Shown: positions 25,282 to 34,733, counted from the first letter of the stretch. The stretch: DNA of 64,000 nucleotides from Acidimicrobiia bacterium (GCA_035550735.1 DASZOM010000006.1:6984-70983); one strand, 5' to 3'. The notes: generated from the sequence alone by a model not told the origin. Translations and numbers: made by a program.

Positions 25282-26504
25282 CAGTCGAGGAGACGATACG
25301 AGTAGAGGGTGGCCGGATCCTGGCCACCCTCATTCGATTGACCCGCGACTTCGACCTTGCCCAGGACGCACTCCAGGAGGCCGCGGTCACAGCCCTCGAG
25401 CAATGGACCGCCAGGGGCATTCCCGAGAGCCCGGCCGCGTGGCTGACGACGGTCTCCAGACGCAAGGCGCTCGATCTGATGCGTCGGGAAGGGCGACGTC
25501 GGGCCAAGGAGGGGGAAGCACAGATGACGCTGCTGATCGGAGCAGAGGAGGACGGCGCCGGTGACGACCGCCTCCGCTTGATATTCACCTGTTGTCACCC
25601 TGCGCTCTCGCCCGAAACCCGGGTGATGCTGACCCTTCGCACCATCGGCGGGCTCAACACCCATGAGATCGCCCGGGTGTTCCTGCTCAACGAGGCCACG
25701 GTCGGGCAAAGGATCAGCCGTGCCAAGAGGAAGATCTCGGTGGCAGGGATTCCCTACCGGATCCCTGCGGGCCACGAGCTGCCTGATCGGCTCCCCGCAG
25801 TGCTCGGCACGCTCTATCTGATGTTCACCACGGGCCATCATGCCATCGCAGGCCGTCTCGACTCCCGTGTCGATCTCGCCGACGAGTCGATACGTCTCAC
25901 CCGCATGCTGTCGACCCTGATGCCCGACGAACCGGAGGTGCACGGCCTGCTCGCCCTGATGTTGGCCACGCATGCTCGACGTGCCGCCCGGGTCGATGCG
26001 CGTGGTCATCTCGTGCTGCTTCCCGATCAGGACCGGTCTCTCTGGGATCACGCAGCCATCGACGAGGCCAAGACGATCGTGGAGCGGGCTCTCCGTCTTC
26101 GCCGCGCCGGGGCCTATCAGATCGAGGCGGCGATCGCTTGTCTCCATGGGCGAGCCCCCTCCGACGAGGAGACCGACTGGGCGCAGATCGTGGATCTCTA
26201 CCGGGCGTTGGAGAGAATCGAGCCGGGACCGGTGACCACTGTCAATCGGGCGGTGGCCGAGTCGAAGGTGACAGGCCCGGCCGCCGGACTAGCCCTGCTC
26301 GAGGGTGTCGACGACGTCGAGCATTGGCATCTCTATTGGGCGGTTCGTGCCGAGCTGCAACGGCAACTGGGAGACATGACGGGGGCTTCTCGCGCCTACG
26401 AGCGCGCCCTGGCGTGCGAGATGAACGACTCCGACAGGGATCACCTCCAGCTTCGCCTCGAGTCACTGCCCGGAACGACGGGGGTTCCGTCGATCAGGGC
26501 CTGA
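25278..26504 (+). CDS. ECF sigma factor with long C-terminal TPR-like extension (ECF42-type)
   Basis: Sigma-2 region (DLAQDALQEAAVTALEQW) and sigma-4 region (LTLRTIGGLNTHEIARVFLLNEATVGQRISRAKRKI), plus a ~220-aa extension. The GTG start overlaps the YCII stop. Confidence 0.85.
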   Translation: MTVEETIRVEGGRILATLIRLTRDFDLAQDALQEAAVTALEQWTARGIPESPAAWLTTVSRRKALDLMRREGRRRAKEGEAQMTLLIGAEEDGAGDDRLRLIFTCCHPALSPETRVMLTLRTIGGLNTHEIARVFLLNEATVGQRISRAKRKISVAGIPYRIPAGHELPDRLPAVLGTLYLMFTTGHHAIAGRLDSRVDLADESIRLTRMLSTLMPDEPEVHGLLALMLATHARRAARVDARGHLVLLPDQDRSLWDHAAIDEAKTIVERALRLRRAGAYQIEAAIACLHGRAPSDEETDWAQIVDLYRALERIEPGPVTTVNRAVAESKVTGPAAGLALLEGVDDVEHWHLYWAVRAELQRQLGDMTGASRAYERALACEMNDSDRDHLQLRLESLPGTTGVPSIRA

Positions 26505-26510
26505 AAGACC

Positions 26511-27488
26511 TCACGACGCTCCGTCCCACCAGTCGAGCACGCGCAGGGCCCGCAGCGTCACCCAACGTGACGGCTTGCCCTCGCCGTCGTCGATGTCGAA
26601 CCAGGTTCGACCTCCCGGATTCCAATCCAGAGGCCACTTACCGTCTTCGAGACGCCGCGACCGGAGGTGATCGATCGCTTCACCCAATCGGAGATCAGGC
26701 GACGCGCTGGTGAGCTGCGCAGCCGACCGGAAGTAGTCGAGGGCGCGGAGCACGTCGTAGTGCCAGCGATTGGGATGGAGCAGATGGAGATAACGCTCAT
26801 CGGCCGGCTCGCCGGTGCTGAGCCGCCGGAACAGCGAGCGTGCGAGCAGATACTCCTCCCCTGAGAGACGAGCCTCTCGGGACTCGGGTGTTCCCTTCCC
26901 GGCCCGTTCGAATTCCAGCAGTCCTTCCAGGACGTTGATAGTCGTATCGAAAGAAGACCGGACCGATCCGTTCTCTGCCTCACAGTTCCACCCGCCGTCA
27001 TCCAGGCGCTCTCCCACGAGCCTGTCCACGAGGGGGGTCATGTCGACACCGAAGTAGGTGCCATTGGCGACGGTCATCCCGTTGATGCAGGGCTCCACCT
27101 CACCGTCCCAATATCGCTGCCCGGCATGCTCCCATCGGGCGTTCTCGCCGATGAGCTCGGTCATCCGCTCGACCCGTTCCGTGCCCGGTGCCAACCCGAA
27201 CTCACGCAGCTGAGAGAGCGAATGCGTGGTCGAGGTCCACGGCTGACCAGCCTCGTCACCACCCCAGACGAAGTCGGCGGGGAAGTGTGCGCCTCCTGCC
27301 CACCTTCCGTCCTCGTCCTCGAGCTCGAGAAGCCGGGTACCCCAGCCCTCGGTTTCCACTTTCGCCCGTTCAGCCGCCCAGGCAGTCTCCGGTGCGTGAA
27401 GCAGGTCGCGCATCACCTGCCAGCGGATCGCAGGGTCGGACTCGACCGGGTCGAGGAGCCAATCGATGACCGGGGTGTCGCTGGTCAC
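26511..27488 (-). CDS. hypothetical protein with prenyltransferase/terpene-cyclase-like (alpha/alpha toroid) repeats
   Basis: Repeated DG(R/G/K)W motifs (DGRWAGG, DGGWNCE, DGKWPLDW). The family call is tentative. Confidence 0.5.
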   Translation of the reverse strand: MTSDTPVIDWLLDPVESDPAIRWQVMRDLLHAPETAWAAERAKVETEGWGTRLLELEDEDGRWAGGAHFPADFVWGGDEAGQPWTSTTHSLSQLREFGLAPGTERVERMTELIGENARWEHAGQRYWDGEVEPCINGMTVANGTYFGVDMTPLVDRLVGERLDDGGWNCEAENGSVRSSFDTTINVLEGLLEFERAGKGTPESREARLSGEEYLLARSLFRRLSTGEPADERYLHLLHPNRWHYDVLRALDYFRSAAQLTSASPDLRLGEAIDHLRSRRLEDGKWPLDWNPGGRTWFDIDDGEGKPSRWVTLRALRVLDWWDGAS

Positions 27489-27680
27489 GAGACGACCCTA
27501 CCGGCGGGCCAGTGCATGTCCCGGCCTGTAGCATCTCGCCGGCCGACGACAACAGTCGAATGGGTCTAACTGCCCATGGCAGCAACGAGGTTGCCGCCGA
27601 TCATGACCATATGTCGCTGGCCGGGAGAGGGAGGAAACCATGCGGCCGCGAGCCGAGGTGAGAGGAATCCAGAGGTGACG

Positions 27681-28649
27681 ATGGCCAAGCGCGCGCTGTC
27701 ACCCCGATTCTGGAAACGGGCATTGGAGGTCCACGGGCTGTCCGGTGTGATCCGCGCCGGTCTCAGGTCGCTGAGACCGCACGGCGACGACACGGAAGAT
27801 ACGCCCTATCTCGATCTGACCGCTGTCTCCGACGACCCGATCGAGACCCTGTACAAGGGCATCGAGGCCGGCGCCACCCCTGTGATCTCCATACCCATCA
27901 GCTCTCTCAGAGTGGAGAGCCTCGGCTTGAGGCTCGATGACCTCGACAACAATCCCTACACCCGTACGGTGGCCGAGTACATCAGCGGGGAGCACACGAC
28001 CTACTCGGGTTCCGCGCTCGAACGCCATTTGACGAGCTGGCAGCCGAAGAGTCTCGCCGAGTTTCTCGGCCTCGACCCTGATCACTCGAGTGAGTTGCTG
28101 CGTAGCCCGCTTCAGGCCGAGATTCTCCCATGGGAGGTGGCCGTCACCTACGAGGATCTGGTCGCCCGGAGAGAGAGGGCCGAGCGAAGCCTCGCATTGA
28201 AGTTCGGACCCCGCTCAGGCGGTCATGGCGCCACCACACATGGCCCGGTCTCCGAGGAGTTGGGGCGTTACCGGTTCGACAAGCACCGGCAGGTGGCTGA
28301 GTCGATGGGGCGCGACGCCGGGCTCAAGGACCGCTCCGACCCGACGTGGTGGGACCCGAGCCGGGGTGGTTACGTAGAGGCGCAATTGCTGGTGGACGAG
28401 TCCGTGGCGGTGGGTGTGGTGCGTGAAGGAAAGCATCGCACGGCGGCTCTGGCTGCCCTCGGCGTGGAACGGATGGTGGTCGCTCTGCCGGCGCGATATC
28501 CCATGGTTCACCGATCGGAGGCGGCTTCCTGGCCCGGGGTCCGTTCCGAGGTGTTCACCCTGGAGCAGGCACTAGGAGTCTTCGATCGCTTCTTCGCCGG
28601 CGTGGCGCCCTGGGCCTCGATCCCCGGCGACCCTCATCAGGCCAGATAG
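27681..28649 (+). CDS. hypothetical protein
   Basis: ATG at 27681 preceded by AGAGGTGA. The only motif noticed is C-terminal REGKHRTAALAALGVERMVV, reminiscent of the ParB/Srx GxxR signature. The N-terminal 35 aa of the track ORF are probably not translated. Confidence 0.5.
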   Translation: MAKRALSPRFWKRALEVHGLSGVIRAGLRSLRPHGDDTEDTPYLDLTAVSDDPIETLYKGIEAGATPVISIPISSLRVESLGLRLDDLDNNPYTRTVAEYISGEHTTYSGSALERHLTSWQPKSLAEFLGLDPDHSSELLRSPLQAEILPWEVAVTYEDLVARRERAERSLALKFGPRSGGHGATTHGPVSEELGRYRFDKHRQVAESMGRDAGLKDRSDPTWWDPSRGGYVEAQLLVDESVAVGVVREGKHRTAALAALGVERMVVALPARYPMVHRSEAASWPGVRSEVFTLEQALGVFDRFFAGVAPWASIPGDPHQAR

Positions 28650-28774
28650 CCGGCACACTCCTCGTGCCCGCAGACGCATCTGGTTGCGCCTTCGATGGGG
28701 CTGCTGCAGCTCGTGCTGCAGTACTCGGTACCGCCGGCGGTCATACAGGTGCACATGTCGTGGGCGCACTCCAT
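28637..28774 (-). CDS. 45-aa Cys/His-rich protein, bacterial metallothionein-like (SmtA/BmtA pattern)
   Basis: Read directly: MECAHDMCTCMTAGGTEYCSTSCSSPIEGATRCVCGHEECAGYLA, with 8 Cys and 2 His. GAGGAG lies 7 nt upstream of the ATG. Absent from the ORF track because it is under 60 aa. Confidence 0.6.
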   Translation of the reverse strand: MECAHDMCTCMTAGGTEYCSTSCSSPIEGATRCVCGHEECAGYLA

Positions 28775-28872
28775 GCTCGACTCCTCACTCGGTGACGGAC
28801 CCGCTTACCCTCGGCCGACGGGCCAGAAACGACGTCTTCGCCTGATTCGCCTCCGCCACGCCATGCGATAGG

Positions 28873-30261
28873 TTGACGACCGTGGCAAACACCGAGCGGC
28901 GCGTCGTGATCGTCGCCAATCGTCTGCCCATCGCCTACGACGCGAAGTCCGGGGAATGGGCCACCAGCCCGGGCGGACTCGTCTCGGCGCTGACCCCGAT
29001 CTTGCAGCAGACAAAAGGGAGCTGGGTCGGCTGGAGTGGGGTGGCCGGACGGAGGTTCAAGCCGTTTCTCCACTCCGGGATCAACCAGGTGCCGGTGACC
29101 TTGAGCCAGGAGGAGTACGAGGAGTTCTACGTCGGCTTCTGCAACGGCACGCTCTGGCCCCTCTATCACGACGCCTTGCGAACGCCCCAGTTCCACCGTC
29201 ACTGGTGGAGGCCTTACGAAAAGGTGAACCGGCGCTTCGCCGACATTGCGGCCGAGGCCCTGACCAAGAATGACGTCGCCTGGGTCCAGGACTACCAACT
29301 GCAACTCGTGCCCAAGATGATCAGGGACGCGATGAAGGTGCACCGGATCGGCTTCTATCTGCACATCCCGTTCCCGCCGGTGGAGCTCTTTGCCAAGCTG
29401 CCCTGGAGACGACAGGTGCTCGAAGGGCTCCTCGGCTCCGATGTGCTCGCCTTCCAGTCACGCTCCAGTCGGACCAATTTCGCCGTCGCCGCCCGGCGAA
29501 TCAGCGGTGCCACCGGCTCATCCACCAGATTGGAATGGGAAGGGAGGACGATCCTCCTCCAAGTTGCGCCGATCGGCATCGATACCGACGTTTTCGACGA
29601 CATGGCCGAATCGGAGGAGACGGCTCGACGCGCCACCCGGATCAGAGCCCGTCTCGGTGATCCCGACGTGGTCATTCTCGGTGTCGATCGTCTCGACTAC
29701 ACCAAAGGGATCGATTTGCGGATGCGAGCGCTCCAACAACTTCTCGAGCGGCGCAGGGACCTTCGGGGCCGGGTCGTGTTCGTCCAGATCGCGGTGCCCA
29801 GCCGCGAGGATGTGGCCGAGTACCGGAAGATCAGAGAGGACATCGAAGGGCTGGTCGGCCGGATCAACGGAGATCTCGCGGAGGTCGGGCGCCCGCCGAT
29901 CCACTACCTCTATCGGAGCGTCCCATTCGACGAGCTCGTGGCGTACTACAGGGCGGCCGACGTGATGTTCGTGACCCCGTTGCGCGACGGGATGAACCTG
30001 GTCGCCAAGGAATACGTGGCCACCCGGTTCGACGACACCGGCTCGTTGATCCTCAGCGAGTTCGCCGGAGCCGCCGAGCAGCTCAAAGAGGCTCACATAG
30101 TCAACCCGTACGACCTCGACGGACTGGCGTCGACCCTCGAGGAGGCGATCGAGACCGCATCGGTGCGGGGCAACGAGCAGATGAAGGCGCTGCGCCGCTC
30201 GGTGGGAGCCCATGACGTCTTCTGGTGGGCCGAGAGGTGTCTCGGGGCTCTGGGACTTTGA
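28873..30261 (+). CDS. otsA: trehalose-6-phosphate synthase (GT20)
   Basis: VIVANRLP..., [42 protein letters not shown] start. Confidence 0.92.
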   Translation: MTTVANTERRVVIVANRLPIAYDAKSGEWATSPGGLVSALTPILQQTKGSWVGWSGVAGRRFKPFLHSGINQVPVTLSQEEYEEFYVGFCNGTLWPLYHDALRTPQFHRHWWRPYEKVNRRFADIAAEALTKNDVAWVQDYQLQLVPKMIRDAMKVHRIGFYLHIPFPPVELFAKLPWRRQVLEGLLGSDVLAFQSRSSRTNFAVAARRISGATGSSTRLEWEGRTILLQVAPIGIDTDVFDDMAESEETARRATRIRARLGDPDVVILGVDRLDYTKGIDLRMRALQQLLERRRDLRGRVVFVQIAVPSREDVAEYRKIREDIEGLVGRINGDLAEVGRPPIHYLYRSVPFDELVAYYRAADVMFVTPLRDGMNLVAKEYVATRFDDTGSLILSEFAGAAEQLKEAHIVNPYDLDGLASTLEEAIETASVRGNEQMKALRRSVGAHDVFWWAERCLGALGL

Positions 30262-30977
30262 CGCTGCGTGAGGCGATAGAAGACCTCCTACGGCACCGGC
30301 CCGTGCTGGTGGGCGTCGACTTCGACGGCACACTCGCCCCACTGGTCGACCATCCGTCCCTGGCGGAGCCTGACGCCACCGCGATCGAGATCCTGGTTCG
30401 GCTCGCCGCCCGGCCGGGGATGACCGTGGCGGTGGTCTCGGGAAGGTCCCTGGCAGATCTGAGGGAGCGGCTCGGTGACGTCCCGGGTGCGATCTTCATC
30501 GGCGAGCATGGCAACGACACCGGCGAGCCAGCCACCCCCGGCCCGGTGCTCGAGGAGGCAATCCGCCTGGTCGCCGATGTGGTAGCGGCCACGCCCGGCT
30601 CGATCTTCGAGACGAAGCCCAACTCGGTCAGCTTTCACTATCGAAACGTCGAGCCCGGGAACGAGGTGGAGGTCCTGGAGCGGCTTCGTGCCTTCGCCGA
30701 CGCCAGACCGGACCTCTCATGGCTCGAGGGCAAGACCGTGGTCGAAATCAGCACCGGCGGCATGAACAAGGGCGCCGCCATGCGGGAGCTGGCCGGCGAG
30801 GAGGGGCGGATCCTCTACATCGGCGACGACACCACCGACGAGACGGTGTTCGCACAGCTCGGCCCCGCGGACGTCGGCATCAAGGTGGGGCCGGGGGAGA
30901 CCAAGGCGGAGTTTCGAGTCGACGACGTGGCGGGGGTCGTTGAAGTCCTGGAGGTGATCGACCTAACTTCGGCGTGA
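30225..30977 (+). CDS. otsB: trehalose-6-phosphate phosphatase (HAD)
   Basis: VGVDFDGTLAP HAD motif I, KGAAMREL, and YIGDDTTDE motif. The start is uncertain because it overlaps the otsA 3' end. Confidence 0.85.
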   Translation: MGREVSRGSGTLTLREAIEDLLRHRPVLVGVDFDGTLAPLVDHPSLAEPDATAIEILVRLAARPGMTVAVVSGRSLADLRERLGDVPGAIFIGEHGNDTGEPATPGPVLEEAIRLVADVVAATPGSIFETKPNSVSFHYRNVEPGNEVEVLERLRAFADARPDLSWLEGKTVVEISTGGMNKGAAMRELAGEEGRILYIGDDTTDETVFAQLGPADVGIKVGPGETKAEFRVDDVAGVVEVLEVIDLTSA

Positions 30978-32587
30978 TGGCCAGGGTCGCTCACGACGCC
31001 TGGTGGAAGCAGGCGGTCTTCTACCAGATCTACCCGCTCAGCTTCGCCGATTCCAATGAGGATTCGTACGGGGACCTCGAGGGCATCATCAACCACCTCG
31101 ACTACCTCTCCGACACGCTGGGGGTCGACGCCATCTGGCTCTCACCGTTCTTCAGGAGCCCGATGAAGGACTGGGGCTACGACATCTCCGACCACACCGA
31201 CGTCGATCCCGTGTTCGGCAATCTCGACACGGCCAAGTGGCTACTCAGCGCGGCCCATGACCGGGGGATGAGGGTGATCGTCGACTACGTGATCAACCAC
31301 ACCTCCGACCAGCACCCCTGGTTCCTCGAGTCGAAGTCCTCACGCGACAACCCGAAGCGGGACTGGTACGTCTGGCGTGACGGACGGGGCGACGACCCTC
31401 CCAACAACTGGGTGAGTGTCTTCAGTGGCCCTTCGTGGAGCTTCGACACCACCACCGGGCAGTGGTATCGCCACACCTATCTCAGCGAGCAGCCCGACCT
31501 CAACTGGCGGAACGAGGAGGTCGTCGAGGCGATGCTGGGCGTCGCCCGCTTCTGGCTGGATCTCGGCGTGGACGGGTTCAGGGTCGATGCCGCCCATCAG
31601 ATGATGAAGGATCCCCTGGAACGGGACAACCCTCCGGCTCCACCCGACTACCCACGGCCCTACAAGGACATGGGGGAGTACGACAGCTTCATCCATCTCT
31701 ATGACTTCGGGCATCCCGACGTCCACGAGATCCACCGTCGCCTCCGTGCCGTGACCGACGAGTACGACCGGGACGTGCTCACCGTGGGGGAGATCCACAT
31801 CTTCGACCTGCCCGAGTGGTCTTCCTACTACGGAGAGGACTTCGACCAGCTCAGCATGCCCTTCAACTTCCACCTCATGGCTGCGGACTGGAACGCCCCG
31901 AGTCTCCGGGCCGTGATCGAGGCAGTCTTGTGGAACGTCCCGGTCGGTGGGTGGACCAACTGGACCTTGGGCAACCACGACGAGATCAGACTCGCTTCCC
32001 GTCTCCCTCCCGGGCACGAGCGTCTCGCCGCGCTTCTCCTCCTCACCCTTCGCGGCACCCCCTTCCTCTACTACGGGGACGAGCTGGGAATGACCCAGGT
32101 GGCGGTGACCCCGACGCAGGCCCGGGACCCCTGGGGACGCAACGTGGAGTGGCTGAGCCGGGACGGGGCGCGCACCCCGATGCAGTGGACCGATGCGCCA
32201 CACGCCGGATTCTGCGTCCCGGAGTGCGAGCCATGGCTACCCGTCGGGCCCGATTTCGAGATCAGAAACGTGACCCGGGAGCTCGACGACCCGGAGTCGA
32301 TCCTCAACATGTACCGGCGTCTGATCCAGCTGCGGAAGAAGCATTCCGCCCTCGGCCTCGGTTCGTTCCTCGCCCATCCGACCTCGAACGAGTCACTCCT
32401 CGCGTATCGACGGGAGTCCGACTCGGAGACTCTCACCGTCGTCCTCAACTTCGCCGAGGAGTCACGCACCATCAATGTGGGTAGGGGCGAGGTGATCTTC
32501 TCGACCGCAGACCCGGAGCGCAACGGTCGGATCCAGGTCGAACCGATGCTCGCCGCCGGTGAGGGACTGGTGATCAGTCACGTCTGA
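30974..32587 (+). CDS. GH13 alpha-glucosidase / oligo-1,6-glucosidase / trehalose-6-P-hydrolase-type enzyme
   Basis: WWKQAVFYQIYP, DAIWLSPFF, DYVINHTS, GFRVDAAH, VGEI, and GNHD blocks. Start overlaps the otsB stop. Confidence 0.9.
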   Translation: MMARVAHDAWWKQAVFYQIYPLSFADSNEDSYGDLEGIINHLDYLSDTLGVDAIWLSPFFRSPMKDWGYDISDHTDVDPVFGNLDTAKWLLSAAHDRGMRVIVDYVINHTSDQHPWFLESKSSRDNPKRDWYVWRDGRGDDPPNNWVSVFSGPSWSFDTTTGQWYRHTYLSEQPDLNWRNEEVVEAMLGVARFWLDLGVDGFRVDAAHQMMKDPLERDNPPAPPDYPRPYKDMGEYDSFIHLYDFGHPDVHEIHRRLRAVTDEYDRDVLTVGEIHIFDLPEWSSYYGEDFDQLSMPFNFHLMAADWNAPSLRAVIEAVLWNVPVGGWTNWTLGNHDEIRLASRLPPGHERLAALLLLTLRGTPFLYYGDELGMTQVAVTPTQARDPWGRNVEWLSRDGARTPMQWTDAPHAGFCVPECEPWLPVGPDFEIRNVTRELDDPESILNMYRRLIQLRKKHSALGLGSFLAHPTSNESLLAYRRESDSETLTVVLNFAEESRTINVGRGEVIFSTADPERNGRIQVEPMLAAGEGLVISHV

Positions 32588-32608
32588 ACGACCTGGCATC
32601 ATTGAGCC

Positions 32609-34162
32609 ATGGCGGCAACATCCGATCGCCTGGGTGGCATCCTCGGAACCGACCAGTACCAGCTGGCGATGGCGCAGGTCTATTGGAAGGAGGGGCTGGC
32701 CGACCGGCCGGCGCAGTTCGACTACTTCTTCCGCGGCTACCCCGACTACGGGACCCACCAGGCGGGATACTGCATCACGTCGGGGCTGGGCTGGCTGCTG
32801 GAGTGGATGGAGGGAGTCCGTTTCGAGGCCGAGGACATCGATCTCCTCGCGTCACAGGTCTCCGCGACGGGCGCTCCCAGGTTCGACCGGGGTTTCCTCG
32901 ACTGGCTGACTCGTCACGGCAACCTGGGGTCGATAGAGATGAGGGCCGTTCCCGAGGGCAGGGTCGTTCACGCCAATGCCCCGGTGGCGGTGGTGCGCGG
33001 GCCTCTGGCCATGACCCAGATCCTCGAGACGCCCTTGCTCAACCGGCTCAACTACCCGACCCTCGTCGCCACCAAGGCGGCCCGTGTCGACGAGGCGGCG
33101 CGGGGTGCGGCGGTTCTCGAGTTCGGGATGCGACGCGGCCCGCACAGCGGTGTCCATGCGGGTGGAAGGGGCGCATTGGTCGGCGGAGCCGACTTCACGT
33201 CGAACGTCGCCCTCTCCCACGCCATGGGGATCGACCCCAAGGGCACCCACGCCCATTCCATGGTCCAGGCCTTCCTCGCCCTCGGCTTCGACGAAGCCGA
33301 CGCGTTCCGAAAGTTCGCCGACCTCTATCCCGACGAGTGCATCCTGTTGGTCGACACCATCGACGTCCTCGGCTCGGGAGTGCCCAACGCCATCCGTGTC
33401 TTCGAGGAGCTTCGAGCCAAGGGCCACGAGCCGGCAGGCATCCGGATCGACTCCGGGGACCTCGCCTACATGACCATCCAGTCGGCGATCCTGCTCGACG
33501 ACGCCGGATTCGAAGACGTGGCCATCGTGCTCTCGTCGGACTTGGACGAGCTGGTGATCTGGCAGATCCTCTCCCAGCTCGAGTCGGAAGCCCCCCGATA
33601 CGGTCTCGATCCGGCGCACCTGGTGGGTCGTGTCACCTTCGGGGTCGGCACCCGGCTGATCACATCCCATGGCGACCCATCGTTGGGAGGGGTCTACAAG
33701 CTCGTCGCCATCGACGACGACTCGGGGCGCTCCGAACCCGCCATCAAGATCTCCGAGAACGTCGAGAAGATGGCCATACCAGGGGAGAAGAAGGTCCTGC
33801 GGGTCTACGACAGCCGCGGGCTGGCGACTGCCGACATCATCGCGCTCGCCGACGAGGAACCGATGGCGGCCGACGTCGTCGAGCTCTTCCACCCACACCG
33901 CGAGCTGCACCGCACGTTGCGCAAGGAGCAGGTCTCGGCGACCGAGTCACTGCTCGACCTGGTGTTTGCCGACGGGGCGCGTCTCGACGGTGAGCCCGAC
34001 CTGGAGTCACTGCGCAAGCGCCGCCAGGACGACCTCGACCGGCTCCACCCGGGGGTGCGTCGTCTCGTCAACCCCCACATCTATCACGTCTCGTTGACCA
34101 GAGGTCTCAAGGACCTCCAGGCCGAGCTGGTGAGGCGTCTAAGCAACGGTGACGCCGGATGA
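32609..34162 (+). CDS. pncB: nicotinate phosphoribosyltransferase
   Basis: TDQYQLAMAQVYW, EFGMRR, GTHAHS, and IRIDSGDL blocks. Confidence 0.9.
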   Translation: MAATSDRLGGILGTDQYQLAMAQVYWKEGLADRPAQFDYFFRGYPDYGTHQAGYCITSGLGWLLEWMEGVRFEAEDIDLLASQVSATGAPRFDRGFLDWLTRHGNLGSIEMRAVPEGRVVHANAPVAVVRGPLAMTQILETPLLNRLNYPTLVATKAARVDEAARGAAVLEFGMRRGPHSGVHAGGRGALVGGADFTSNVALSHAMGIDPKGTHAHSMVQAFLALGFDEADAFRKFADLYPDECILLVDTIDVLGSGVPNAIRVFEELRAKGHEPAGIRIDSGDLAYMTIQSAILLDDAGFEDVAIVLSSDLDELVIWQILSQLESEAPRYGLDPAHLVGRVTFGVGTRLITSHGDPSLGGVYKLVAIDDDSGRSEPAIKISENVEKMAIPGEKKVLRVYDSRGLATADIIALADEEPMAADVVELFHPHRELHRTLRKEQVSATESLLDLVFADGARLDGEPDLESLRKRRQDDLDRLHPGVRRLVNPHIYHVSLTRGLKDLQAELVRRLSNGDAG

Positions 34163-34717
34163 GACCATCTGGGCGACGGCCCGGGCGCCGTCTCCTGGGG
34201 AGAGGTTGACCGGACGCGTCCCGTCTGCGAGCAGGGTCGTCTCGAATCGGGAGGCGGCGTCCACTGCGGTCTCCTTGACGCAATAGTCGAGGGCGAGCCC
34301 GACCACCACGATCTTCACGACCCCCGAGAGCTCCTCGGCGAGACCGGTGGAGGTCACGCTCCCGGTCACCGGGTCACGCACGTGGAACGCCGAGTAGCCG
34401 TCCTCGCCACCCACCCCCTTCTTGACGAAGATGGCGTCGTCCACGACGTCCAGGCCGGGATGGAACCGAGCCCCTTCAGTCTCGGCGACACAATGCACCG
34501 GCCAGATCCCTCCGTCCTTCTCGAAGTGCGGTGTCGACGCCGGGTGCCAGTCTTGCGTGTAGACGAGGGTCGCCCCGCCGGCACGGGCCTCCTCGATCTG
34601 GGCATTGATGAAGCCGATCGCTTCCTCTCCTCCGGCGACGTACAGACTCCCACCAGGGTCGGCGAAGTCGTTCTGGACGTCCACGACGATCAACGCGGTG
34701 CCGGAGTCGTAGTTCAT
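34139..34717 (-). CDS. pncA: nicotinamidase/pyrazinamidase (isochorismatase family)
   Basis: ALIVVDVQNDF, DWHP, HCV, and VVGLALDYCV motifs. Its 3' end overlaps pncB convergently by 24 nt. Confidence 0.88.
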   Translation of the reverse strand: MNYDSGTALIVVDVQNDFADPGGSLYVAGGEEAIGFINAQIEEARAGGATLVYTQDWHPASTPHFEKDGGIWPVHCVAETEGARFHPGLDVVDDAIFVKKGVGGEDGYSAFHVRDPVTGSVTSTGLAEELSGVVKIVVVGLALDYCVKETAVDAASRFETTLLADGTRPVNLSPGDGARAVAQMVSSGVTVA

Positions 34718-34733
34718 GCCCTTGACACTAGGG

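Noticed and set aside
28572-28769. 65-aa track ORF (MRPRHVHLYDRRRYRVLQHEL...)
   Set aside because: It is an Arg-rich frame overlapping the metallothionein-like ORF, which has a proper Shine-Dalgarno and a meaningful Cys/His pattern in a different frame.
26511-28774. RiPP-type cluster: Cys-rich 45-aa peptide as precursor with the toroid-repeat protein as a LanC-like cyclase
   Set aside because: The toroid protein lacks the LanC zinc-ligand motifs (WCxG, CHG). No dehydratase, protease or transporter is nearby. The peptide has no leader/core organisation, and its Cys/His spacing fits metallothioneins better.
24276-28870. Genomic island integrated at tRNA-Met
   Set aside because: No integrase, excisionase or phage/plasmid genes follow the tRNA. 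I could not find a downstream direct repeat of the tRNA 3' end, and composition looks like the backbone. A repeat search by computer would be needed to exclude it fully.
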